A stretch of DNA of 64,000 nucleotides. Source: Chiloscyllium plagiosum (taxonomy: Eukaryota). The translations under genes and the position numbers were made by a program. Below the pieces are notes generated by a model that was not told the DNA's origin, made no database searches, and saw only the letters and a program-made list of their open reading frames with translations. Position 1 is the first letter of the stretch; each line of letters starts with the position of its first letter. Below are positions 14,325 to 26,810 of this stretch, piece by piece. Location of the stretch: contig NC_057718.1 in assembly GCF_004010195.1 (NCBI RefSeq), positions 2,831,493 to 2,895,492 on the forward strand, written 5' to 3'.

Positions 14325-16171
14325 ATGTCAATATATTCAGGAAGTAATAGCCGAACATTTGGAAAATCATAATCTAATCAAGCAGAGTCAGTGTGGATTC
14401 ATGAAAAGGAAATCATGTTTGACTAATTTATTTGAGTTTTTCAAGAAAGTCTCATCTGGATTGGAGAGAGTGGAACCAGTAAATGTTTTGTGTTTGGACT
14501 TCCAGGAGGGATTTGGTCAGGAGGCTCACAAAAGGCAAATTCATTTGATAAGAATCCACAATATTGGAGAGAGCATACTAGTGTGGCCAGAGAAATGGTT
14601 CATGGGGAGGAAACAGTGAAAAGGGATAAGGGGTTCATTTTCAGGTTGTGAACGGTGACCAGCGGGGTTCCACAGGGATTAGTGCTGGGACCACATCTGT
14701 TTACAATTTATATTAATGTAGGAATATTTGCAGATAACACAAAAATAAATTAAAAGGCAGTTTGTGAGAGAGACACAAACAGTTTACAGAGATATCGATC
14801 ATTTTACGAAAGTGTGCAAAAAGCTGGCAAATGGAGTATAACGTGTGAAAATGTGAAGTTGTTCATTTTAGAAGGGAGAAAAAAAAAACAATATTATTTA
14901 AATGGAGAGAAATTGCAGAAAACTGCAACACAAAGGGATTTGGGTAAACTTGTGCACAAAACTCAGAAAGCTAGCACACAGGGTTAACAGGTAATCAGGA
15001 AGGCTAATGGAATGTTGGCCCTTCTTTCTAGGGGGTTGAAGTATAAGAGTCAGGAAGTTTTACTGCAACTGGACAAGGTGCTGGTGGGCCCACGTCAGGT
15101 GTACTCTCAGCAGTTTTGGTTCACCTTATTTAAAGAAAGATTTACTTCATTGGAGGCAGTTCAGAAAAGGTTCACGAGGATGATCCCTGGTATGGAGGGA
15201 TTGTCTTATGAGCAAAGGCTGAACAGGTTGGGACTCTACTCACCTGAGTTTAGCAGAATGAGAAGTAATCTCTCTGAAGGATACTTAAGGAGCTTGTCAG
15301 GATTAATGCTGAGAGGATGTTTCCCCTCATGGGAGAGTTTCGGACCAGACGCCACAGTCTCAGAATTAAGGGGCACCAGTTTAAGACTGAGATGAGGAAG
15401 AATGTCTTCTCTGACAGGATTGTGAGCCTTTGGGTTCCTTGCTCCAGAGAGCTGTGGGAGCAGAGTTTGTGTATGTTTAAGACTGAGATTGATAACTTCA
15501 TGATCAGTTTCCAGGAATGTGTAGGAAAGTGGATGTGAGGAATGTTTTATTCAGCTGAGGACATTAGGATGCTGGTACATAATTCTTTGAAGTTTGCATT
15601 GCGTGTAAACAGGGTGGTTTAAAAAAAATCATACTTGCCTTCATTGTTTCGTCCTTTGATTACAGGAGTTGGGACAGCAGTGATATTGAGATTGTGCAGG
15701 ATATTGGTGAGGCCTCTTCTAGAATACTGTGTCCAATTATGGTCATTCAGTTATAGTAAGTATATTGCTAAACTGGAGATGGGTCTGAAGTGATTTACCA
15801 GAATGCTGTTGGCTATGGAAAGGTTATGTTACAAAGAAAATCTGAATTAGTTGCAACTTTTCTCACTGGAGCATAAGAGGTTGGGAGGCCACCTGATAGA
15901 AAGTTATAAATTAAAGAGAGATATTGAAAGGGTTAATGGAAGGTGTCTTTTCCTGAGGATGAGGGATCTCTAGACTAGGGATCCCATTTTTAAGGTAAAA
16001 GTAGAGAGATTTTAAAAAGATATGATGGGCAAATCTTTTACACAGAGGGAATTTCGAGGGTGAAATGAATGACCTGAGGAAGAGTTGGATGTGGGTACAA
16101 TTGCAATGTTTAAAAAAACATTTGGATAAGTATATGAAAAGGAAAGGTTTGGAGGGATATTGGCACTAGTT
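14325..16171 (+). mobile_element. Decayed CR1-type LINE fragments in the L1-V1 intron
   Basis: QCGFMKRKSCLTNL and LEAVQKRFTRMIPG motifs. Confidence 0.8.
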
Positions 16172-16185
16172 TTGTTTGGGATTAT

Positions 16186-17624
16186 TGATGACTGCATTGG
16201 CGCCACCTCATGCTCCCGCGAGGAGGTTGAGCAATTCATCAACTTCACCAACACATTCCACTCTGACCTTAAATTTACCTGGACCATCTCTGACACCTCC
16301 CTCCCCTTCCTGGATCTCTCCATCTCCATTAATGATGACCAACTTGACACCGACATCTTTTACAAACCCAAACTTCCACAGCTACCTGGATTACATCGCT
16401 TCCCACCCTACCTCCTGCAAAAATGCCATCCTGTATTCCCAATTCCTCCACCGCCACCGGATCTGCTCCCAGGATGACGAATTCCACCACAGAACACACC
16501 AGATGGCCTCCTTCTTTAGAGACTGCAATTTCCCTTCCCACGTGGTTAAAGATGCCCTCCAACGCATCTCGTCCACATCTCACACCTCCGCCCTCAGACC
16601 CCACTCCTCCAACCGTAACAAGGACAGAACCCCCCTGGTGCTCACATTCCACCGTACCAACCTTCGCATAAACCACATCATCTGCCGACATTTCTGCCAG
16701 CTCCAAATGGACCCCATCACCAGGCATATTTTTCCCTCCCCACCCCTTTCCACCTTCGGCAAAGACCATTCCCTCTATGACTACCTGGTCAAGTCCACGC
16801 CCCCAACAACTTACCCTCCCATCCTGGCACCTTCCCCTGCCACCGCAGGAATTGCAAAACCTGCGCCCACACTTCCTCCCTCACCTCCATCCAAGGCCCC
16901 AAAGGAGCCTTCCACATCCATCAGAGTTTTACCTGCACATCCACCAATATAATTTATTGTAACCGTTGCTCCCGATGCGGTCTCCCCTACATTGGGGAGA
17001 CTGGACGCCTCCTAGCAGAGCGCTTTAGGGAACATCTCTGGGACACCCACACCAATCAACCACACCGCCTGTGGTCCAACATTTAAACTCCCCCTCCCAC
17101 TCACCGTCGACCCCTCACCACCCGATGCGTGGAGGAAGAATGCCTCATCTTCCGCCTCGGAACACTTCAACCCCAGGGCATCAATATGGACTTCATCAGT
17201 TTCCTCATTTCCCCTTCCCCCACCTCATCCCAGTTCCAAACTTCCAGCTCAGCACTGTCCCCATGACTTGTCCTACCTGCCTATCTTCCTTTCCACCTAT
17301 CCACTCCACCCTGCTCTCTGACCTATCACCTTTATCCGACCCCCATTCACTTATTGTACTCTTTGCTACCTTTCCCCACCCTCCTCCCTGACCTATCACC
17401 TTCATCCCCACTCAACTATTGTACTCTATGCTACTTTCTCTCCACCCCACCCTCCTCTCATTTATCTCTCCACCCTTCAGGCACTCAGCCTCTTTCCTGA
17501 TGAAGGGCTTTTGCCTGAAATGTCGATTTCCCTGCTCCTTGGATGCTGCCTGAACTGCTGTGCTTTTCCAGCACCACTCTAATCCAGAATCTGGTTTCCA
17601 GCATCTGCAGTCATTGTTCTTGCC
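16186..17624 (+). mobile_element. Penelope-like retroelement (RT C-terminus, GIY-YIG nuclease, terminal repeat), 5'-truncated and nested in a CR1 3' end
   Basis: RT motifs DDCIG...KFTWTISDTSLPFLDL; GIY-YIG-like CSRCGLPYIGETGRLLAERFREH at about 16966-17035; flanked by TTGTTTGGGATTAT at 16172-16185 and 17625-17638. Confidence 0.85.
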
Positions 17625-18297
17625 TTGTTTGGGATTATGTTCACCATGGACTGTTTGGACCTAAGGGTCTGATTCTGTGCTGTATGACACTGTGACTCAA
17701 TGACTCCATTGAATGGTGGACAGCCTCATAGGGCTGAATGGCCTACTCCTGTTCTAATTCCTCTGATCAACTTACTCGATAAATTCTACACTACCCCCCA
17801 AAAAATTGCATATTACAATATTATATTCCATTTGCCACATTTTGTCACTCACTTCACGTGTGACTCTCTCTTTGCAGGTTCTTCATCTCCTCTTGACACC
17901 TCACTTTTCTCCTTATCTTGGTGTCATCACCAAATTGATCCCCCATCCAGAATCAGAGATTGCTGTGCTGGAGTCTCTCATTCTTCACCCTTCATATCCG
18001 TGCTGCATCTCCTCCTCCATCTCCCCTGAAGTGGGATGGAATATTGCTGGACAAGGGACACAACATTCCAGTGGGACCCACCCTGACTCACTAACTGAGC
18101 TGTAGGTACCTTAGACTGACCCTGGGACCATCACTGACTCCATGTTATCTACCCGGAGCTGGAGGGGCACACCTCGTGACCCTCACATTTGTCTTCATTC
18201 TGCCCAGCTTATCCAATTTCCCTCAGCCATGCCGTAGGTGTAGAAAAGACCAAACAATCAGACTGTTGTTTATTTATTGGTATTTTTTATTTTGAAG

Positions 18298-18642
18298 GTG
18301 CAAATGTGTCAGTCCTTCTCCAGTCTCCCAGCCTGGAACGGGTCACCAAAGGTCACACTGCCCGTTTACGGTGCACCATGAAGAATGCTGCAGTGACACA
18401 CATCGATGTACACTGGTATCGGTTGGAAAGACGGATTAAGGTGGTCTGGATTTTAACATATGATGTGAGGAACATCACACAACGGTACCCAGGATTCACT
18501 GAGCGTTTCCAGCCTTCCAGAGACCCCTCCAGTAACAGCTTCATTCTGACCATCTCAAACGTGAGGCCCAGAGATACTGGGGTCTATTATTGTATGGTTT
18601 CGGGTAATGTCCCCGGTAGAGGAAGCCAGCTCATTGTAGATA
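18298..18642 (+). CDS. V1: germline-joined VJ-type Ig V-set exon
   Basis: Acceptor tttgaag|GT and donor A|GTAAGT; 345 nt, phase 1-1, open. Contains LLQSP, B-strand Cys (ARLRC), C-strand Trp (VHWY), FILTIS, DTGVYYC and a G-strand GRGSQLIV. Confidence 0.93.
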
Positions 18643-20299
18643 GTAAGTAGAGTTTACCTGACAATCAACACCAGCAAGAACCTTTTGCCCAATGAAAGAA
18701 TTGAAGATCAGTTTGTTTTCAAGAAGTTTGAGGAGATGATGGAGAGTGACCTCAGGGATGGATTCATTGTAGGGAGGAAGCTGAGCTCAGGTTCAATGTT
18801 GGTGAATGGTGGGAGATAAGAGATATTTTTGCGGCAATGGGAGGAGAATCTTGTGGGAAATGTGGAGCTTTCTCCTGAAGAATGAGTGACATTAATTCCA
18901 TTCAACTCACAAGGGTGTCAGTGCCATTGGGCTGGATGTGCAGAGTCAGGGAGATTGCTCTGTGAAATGCCACATCTGCAAGAGAATCTCCCAGGGATTG
19001 GGAATAAACCATAGAGCACAAAGGGGCACGCACATCCAGGTTAAAGGGAACCACTCCACATCACATATGGGGCAAGGGAAGGAACCCAACCTCCGTGAGC
19101 TCCCACAGCTGAGACTAGGTTTGAAGCTGAGACAGAGCCGTCGATTGATGGAGCAGAGAAGAGGCCCTTCGGCCCATTTAATGTTTTCCCAAATCCCCTC
19201 AAAACCTCCTGATTTTCACTTTAAAACTGTACATCTCATTATTGATTTTTGAATTAAATGAAAACATGCGCTTTCGATCCACAGTGTCCATATCACTCAT
19301 CACATTATACTCCTCAATCAGGTCATCCCTCAATCTTTTCACTCCAGAGAAAACACTGCAAGTGTATCCAGCCTCTCCTCATGGCTGAAGTGCTCCATCC
19401 CAGGCAGTATCCTCTCCTTCCAGTGCAATCACATCACAGGGAGAAGGAACCGCGAGGAGCGAGGAGCTTCTGGTGGGAACAAGGAATGGGGATGGTCTGA
19501 GGCTGGCAGCTGAATTCAGGAGCTGCCCTTTATTAAAGCACTGTCACTGTAAATTCAGCCCCTGCTGTGCCTTCTGGCCCTTATTTAAAGGAGGTTAGCC
19601 AATCAGAGTTAGGAAGTCTTACTGCAGTGCTACAAGGCTCTGGTGAGACCACATCTAGAGCACAGTGAGCTGTTTTGTTCCTCTTTTTAAGGAAATAAAT
19701 CATTTCACTAGTGGAGATCAGAGAAGGCTCACTGGGATGATCCTGGCACCAAGAAATTGTCCTACAAGCAATGGCTGAACAGGTTTAGCACCATTTGCAG
19801 TTTCTCAGATACTGAAACAGTTCATGTTCAGAATAGACAAGATTGAGAAAATATCTAGGCTTGCGCTGACAAGGGGAAAGCAACATTCATGTCAAACAAT
19901 GCCAGGCTCCAATAATACAAAATTTAACTACCACCCCCTGCCATTCAAATAGGATTGCTATCACTGAATTCACCACTATCATTATCCTTGAGGTTACCAT
20001 TGACCAGAAACTGTGGGGGTTTGCACATTCTCCCTGTGTCTGCATGGGTTTCCTCCTACAGTCCAAAGATGTGCATGTCAGATGAATTGGCTGTGCTAAT
20101 TTGCCCATATGCTAGGTGCATTAGTCAGAGGGAAATGGGTCTGGGTGGGTTACTCTTCAGAGGTTCGGTATGGACTGGTTAGGCACTGCAGGGAATCTAA
20201 TCTAATCTAATATAAGCACATTGGCTAGAATGCAACTCAAAGTAGTCTTGATGTTGGGTGTAAGTTGAATAAGGAGTTGAAATTCTCCTGTTGCAAAGA

Positions 20300-22785
20300 T
20301 ATTACTGCAGTTGTTATGGGGGATTTCAAAATGCAGCTAGATTGGGAGAATCAGACAGTACTGGATCCCAAAAAGGGAGTTTGTAGAGTGCTTCTGAGAT
20401 GGATTCTTAGAACAGCTTGAACTGGAGCTTTGCAGAGTGAAGGAAATTCGGGATCTGGTGTTGTGCAATGAACTGGATTCAATCAGGGACCTTGAAGTAA
20501 GGGAGCCATTAGGAGGTAGTGACCATAACATGATAAGCTTTAATTTGCAAAGGGATACAGAGAAGGGAGAATCGGGAGTGTCAGTATTGCAGTTGAACAA
20601 AGGGAACTATGGAGCTATGAGGGAAAAGCTGGCCAAAGTTCAATGGTTAAATACCCTACCAGGTGTCACTGGAGCAAGAATGGCAGGTATTTCTGGATAT
20701 AAAGCAGAAGATGCAGGATCAGTTCATTCCAAAGAGGAAGAAAGATCCCAAGGGGAGACAGGGGCGGCCATGGCTGATTAGGGAAGATAAGGACTGTATA
20801 AAGATAAAAGAGAAGAAGTACCACGTAGCAAAGATGAGCGGGAAGCCAGAGGGCTGGGAAACTTTTAAAGAGTAACAAAGGTTAACTAAACAGGCAATAC
20901 CCAGAGAAAAAATGACGTACGAAAGTAAACTGGCCAAAAGGTGGGGAGTAAAAGCTTTTTTGGGTATGTGAAAAAAAAAGGTTAAGACTAAAATGGGGCC
21001 TTGAAGACAGAAATAGATGAATTTATTACGGGGAACACGGAAATGGCAAAAGAGTTGAATAGGTGTTTTGGATCTGCCTTCACTGGGGAAGACAAAAGCA
21101 ATCTCCCAAATGTAACAGTGGCTGAAGGATCTAGGTAATGGATTAACTGAAGGGGAAGGAAATGGTGTTGGATAGACTGTTAGGTCTGAAGGCTGATAAG
21201 TCTCTGAGACCTGATGGTCTGCATCCCAGGGTACTTAAGGAGGTGGCTCTGGAAATCATGCATGCATTGGTAATCATTTTCCAATGTTCTATTGATTCAG
21301 GATCAGTTCCTATGGATTGGAGGGTGGCTTATGTTGTCCTACTTTTCAAGAAGAGAGGGAGAAAGAAAACAGAGAATTATAGACCGGTTAGCCTGACGTT
21401 AGTGGTGGGAAAGATGCTGGAGTCAATTATAAAAGATGAAATTACGGCTCATTTGGATAGCTGTAAGAGGATAGGTCAGAATCAGTAAGGAGTTCTGAAG
21501 GAGAAATTGTGCTTGACTAATCGTCTGGAATTTTTTGAGGATGTATCTATGAAGATGGACAAGGGAGAGCCAGTGGATGTAGTGTACCTGGATGTTAAGA
21601 AAGCCTTTGATAAGGTCCCACATAGGAAATTAGTAAGCAAAATTAGGGCACATGGCATTGGGGGCAAGGTACTGACTTGGATTGAAAATTGGCTGACTGA
21701 CAGGAAGCAAAGACTAGTGATAAACGGGTCCCTTTCAGAATGGCAGGCGGTGACCAGTGGGGTACCACAAGGTTCGGTGCTGGGACCACAGCTGTTTACA
21801 ATATACATCAACAGTATAGATGAAGACATTAAAAGTAATATTAGCAAATTTGCTGATGACACAAAGCTGGGTGGCAGGGTGAAATGTGAGCAGGATGTTA
21901 TGAGAATACAGGGTGACTTCGACAGGCTAGGTGAGTGGATGGGTGCAAGACAGATGCAGTTTAATGTGGATAAATGTGTGGTTATGCACTTTGGTGGCAA
22001 GAACAGGAAGGCAGATTACTATCTAAATGGAGTCAAGTTAGGTAAAGGGGAAGTACAATGAGATCTAGATGTTCTTGTACATCAGTTAATGAAAGCAAGC
22101 ATGCAGGTACAGTAGGCAGTGAAGAAAGCTAATGGCATGCTGGTCTTCATAACAAGAGGGATTGAGTATAGGAGCAAAGAGGTTCTTCTGAAGTTGTACA
22201 GGATCCTGGTGAGACCGCACCTGGAATATTGTGTACAGTTTTGGTCTCCAAGTTTGAGGGACATTCTGGCTATTGAGGGAGTGCAGTGTAGGTTCACAAG
22301 GTCAATTCCTGGAATGGCGGCACTATCAAATGTTGAAAGATTGGAGCAACTGGGCTTGTATACGCTTGGGTTTAGAAGGATTAGAGGGGGTCTGATTGAG
22401 ACTTATAAAATTATTAATGGATTGGACACTTTGGAGGCAGGAAGCATGTTTCCACTGATGGGTGAGTCCAGAGCCAGAGGACACAGTTTAAAAATAAGGG
22501 GTAGGCCATTTAGAACAGAGTTGAGGAGAAACGTCTTCACCCAGAGAGTGGTGGGTGTATGGAATGCTCTGCCACAGAAGGCAGTGGAGGCCAAGTCTCT
22601 GGATACTTTCAAGTAAGAGATGGCTAAAGCTCTGAGAGATAGTGGAATCAAGGGTTATGGGGATAAGGCAGGAACAGGATACTAATTGAGGATGACCAGC
22701 CATGATCATAATGAATGATGGTGCTAGCTCGATGGGCTGTATGGCCTACTACTGCACCTATTGCCTATTGCATATTGTCTATTGT
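20300..22785 (+). mobile_element. CR1-type LINE ORF2; best-preserved copy but interrupted by stops and frameshifts
   Basis: [38 protein letters not shown] and RPHLEYCVQFWSP motifs. Confidence 0.92.
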
Positions 22786-23708
22786 CAAAGGCAAGGAATA
22801 CTCTGGTAAGTAACTAACCTCCTGACTGCTTAAATCTGTCCACCATCTTCAAGGTACAGGCTAGGCATGTGATGGAATGCTCCCCACTTGCCCAGATGGG
22901 TACAAATTCCTGGGATTTCATTCCTAAGGGACTTATGGGTTTACCTACAGCACATGAACTACAATGGTTCAAGGTAACACCTCACCACTACCTTCTAAAA
23001 GACAACTCATGACGGACAATAAATGCCCTTCCAGTGACACCCATGTTCCACAATGAATAAAAATGTAAATTGGGAATCTCCTCACTGGGGTTTAGAAGAA
23101 TGAGAGGTGATCTCTTTCAAAGATGTCAGATTCCTAAAGGGTTTGACAGGGTCAATGCTGAGAGGATGGTTCCCTTCATGGGAGAGTCTAAGTCCAGAGG
23201 ACACAGTATCAGAATTATGAAGCATCAATTTAAAACTGAGGTGATGAGGAATTTCTTCTGTCAGTGCATTGTGAATCTTTAGAACTCCTTGGTACAGAGA
23301 GCTGTGGGCGGGCTGAATTCTTGTGTATATCGAAGTCTGAGACAGCGAGATTCTTGGTTAGTCGTGGAATCAAGGATTACAGGGAAATCACAGGGAAGTG
23401 GTCGTGAGGAATGTCGATCTGTCAGGATCCTATTAGATGGCATAGCAGGCTTGTGGGGCTGAGTGGCCTCCTCCTGTTCCTATTTCTTATGGTCTCAGGG
23501 TCTTTAATTGTTTACACGAATAGTTATTACAGTTATTTCATGAATTAAAGATCTTTTGTTTTCTCTGTTTCAATTCTACTGGTTCAATCTTAAAGAAGTT
23601 CCCTTTTTAATACAGAATGTGTTCCACCTGAATTGTCCCTTTGAACAACTGGCAGCAAATTGTAACTCAGAGAATTGATTCTTAAATCCTTGATCTTTTC
23701 CCCTCAAG

Positions 23709-24053
23709 TTGCAAATCCTGTCGTCCTTCTCCAGTCTCCGAGTCTCGAACATGTCACCAGGGGTCACACTGCCCGGTTACAGTGCACCATGAGGAATGCC
23801 GCAGTGAAACACACCACTGTTAAATGGGACAAACAAAAACCAGGGAGTCACTATGTGCGAATTTTAACACATGGTAAAGATGGCTCCACACAATGGAGCC
23901 CAGGATTCACTGAGCGATTCCAGCCTTCGAGAGACTCCTCCAGTAACAGCTTCATTCTGACCATCACAAACGTTCAACCCAATGACACTGCCGTGTATTA
24001 CTGCTCAGTGCGGGGTAGTATCTATGGGAGAGGAAGCCGAATCATTGTAAACC
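23709..24053 (+). CDS. V2: germline-joined VJ-type Ig V-set exon
   Basis: Acceptor ttttcccctcaag| and donor C|GTGAGT; 345 nt, open. ARLQC...VKWDKQKPG...DTAVYYCSVRGSIYGRGSRIIV. Confidence 0.92.
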
Positions 24054-24289
24054 GTGAGTAGCATTTACATGACAATCTCCTCCTGTAATAACCTCGTGCC
24101 CAATGAATGAATTGGAGATTAGTTTGTGATCAAGAAGATTGAGGAGATGATGGAGAGTGATCTTGGGGATGGATTCACTGTGGGGAGGAAGCCAAGTTAA
24201 GGTTCTGAAATGTATTCAATTCTTTTATGAGATGTGGGTGTCATGGCTGTGCCAGCATTTATTGCTCACCCTTAATAGTTTCGTTCAGA

Positions 24290-25320
24290 AATTGCCTCGC
24301 TGACAGAAGATAAAGGATGGTGGTTGATGGGAAAGGTTCATCCTTGAATAGGGGTGTACCATAAGGACCTGCTTTGGGGGCACTGCTGTTTGTCATTTTT
24401 GTAAATAACCTGGATGATGCATAGAAGGATGGATTAATAAATTTGTGGATGACACTAAGGTTGGTGGAGTTGTGGATAGTGCCGAAGGATGTTGCAGGTT
24501 ACAGAGGGACATAGATAAGCTGCAGAGCTGTGCTGAGAGGTGGCAAATGGAGAAGTGTGTGAGATGATTCACTTTGGAAGGAGCAGCAGGAATAAAGATT
24601 ACTGGGCTAATGGTAAGATATTTGGTAGTGTAGATGAGCAGAGAGATCTCGGTGTTCATGTACGTTCATGTCCCTGAATGTTGCCACCCAGGTTGATAGG
24701 GTTGTTAAGAATGCATATGGTGTGTCAGCTTTTATTGATAGAGGGATTGAGTTTCAGAGCCATGAGGCCATGTTGCAGTTGTACAAAACTCTAGTTGGCC
24801 GCACTTTGAGTATTGCATCCATTTCTGGTCACAACATCGTAAGGAAGAATGTGGAAGCTTTGGAAAGTGTATAAAGGAGATTTATGGGGGGAAGGTCTTA
24901 AGAGGAAAGGCTGAGGGCCTTGAGGATGTTTTTGTTAGAGAGAAGAAGGTTGAGAGGTGACTTAGTAGCGACATACAAGATAATCAGAGGGTTAAATAGG
25001 GTGGACAGTGAGAGCCTTTTTCTTTGGATGGTGAAGGCTAGCATGAGGGGACATAGCTTGAAATTGAGGGGTGATAGACATAAGACAGATATCAGAGGTA
25101 GTTTCTTTACTCAGAAACTAGTAGGGGCCGTGGGAACACACTGCCTGCAACAGTAGTAGACTCACCAACTTTAAGGGCACTTAAATTGTCATTGGATAAA
25201 CATATGGATGAAAATGGAACAGTGTAGATTAGATGAACTTCACATTGGTTCCACAAGTCGGCACAACATCGAGGGCTGAAAGGCCTGTACTGTACTGAAC
25301 TGTACTGCGCAGTTCTATGT
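24290..25320 (+). mobile_element. CR1-type LINE 3' portion
   Basis: FVDDTKVGG and RRLRGDL motifs plus the 3' tail. Confidence 0.85.
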
Positions 25321-25439
25321 TTGAACTGCCCTTGAGAAGGTGGCGCTGAGCTGCCTACTTGAACCACTGCATTGACCCATTGGCTGACATTCCTGGGTTA
25401 AGGTCAGGCTCTATTAAGATTCTGCAAAACAGTTCTTCA

Positions 25440-26810
25440 AAAGCTGTGATTGGAATTAAAGGTGAAGCTTTAATTGAGGGTTGGGGAATCCCCAAATCCT
25501 GACATCTATCAGCTTGTCTGTTAAAATTTAACATGTTTATATAATCCTGACCAAAACAAATATTTTAATAAATTAGACCGTGTGTTCCTCATCCATTAAT
25601 GACCTGCCATTGGAATTTCATGAGCCAATGTACGAAATTTCATTCTGGTTTCTCAGATGGAGTGACTACCTGATGCACCATGGTCCATTCCATTTGGGGC
25701 TGCAATTGTATCAATTTCTCAAAGGTAAATGAAAAACGATTGCAGTTGTAGGAATATCGAAGATATCTTCAGAGAAGGAAGCATTGCAAAATTAATCACT
25801 GTCGTGATAGGGTAGGACAGAGAGAACATGATCCTCTGAAAGTAAAAATGAGGGAGAGGGAGCTCAAGAATTTGTCTTTGGATATTAAAAAGAGAGTGAA
25901 ACCACGGAGGGACTGCATATTGCATCTATTTCCTCATTTGTACTTTGTCTTTCAAGCAAGAACACTCAAGGATTGTTTCTGATTCCATTTCTGATGAGGC
26001 ATTTGGATAAAACTCTTTCAGTTCAGATCCAATTGATGTATCAATGCCAAAGCATATTTTCTGAATCTGGTCAGCTGAATTCTCTTTAACTTCATTCTTT
26101 AAATTACAGTTTTGAAAATAAAATCTGATAACTGAAATTCCAAATCAACTCTTTGTTTTATAGGATGCTTTCTCCATTGGTCTAACTCTGTAAACCTGAG
26201 ATATAATCACAACACAGGTTGCTCTTCTTGTATTTCATCTTTACTGATATTTTTCCAGTACCCTTAGTAAGGTTAATATTCTATAACCTGCCTGATCATT
26301 TTACAAAGTGTTATCAGTTCTCCCAATGGAAATGTATTACACTCCTCCCACTACAACATCTACATTGACTAAGTCACTTGATCATCCACTTCTATGTGAC
26401 TGGAACTGGTTTGTAATCCCTATGAATGCCTCCAATTACAATTTTATCTTTCATGAACGTCTCTGGATGACAACAGGACCATCAGGCAGCACCAGTGACA
26501 GACATAACCAAACACTTTTCAAGATATTTGTTTGTTTAACTCCTTGCTTTGAAGCAAAAATACTCCCTTTTGAGATACAATACTCAGACCCTCCAGTGCT
26601 TTCACGCTCCTTGTTAATATCCAAAGACAAATTCTCAGGAATGTCCTGAGCTCCCTCTCCCTCATTTGTATTTTCAGAAGATCATGTACTCTCTGTCCTA
26701 CCCTATCATAACAGTGATTAATTTTGCAATTTTCCCTTTTCTGAAGATACCTTCGATATTCCTATGGCTGCAATCAGTTTCCTGTTTACTTTCTGGAAAT
26801 TGACACAATA
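25440..26810 (-). mobile_element. Gypsy-like LTR retrotransposon remnant following V2
   Basis: Homologous to 29405-30460; degenerate pol region between protease and integrase. Confidence 0.55.

Noticed and set aside
21162-22616. Active reverse transcriptase gene
   Set aside because: ORF2 is broken into several pieces by stops and frameshifts; a dead CR1 copy.
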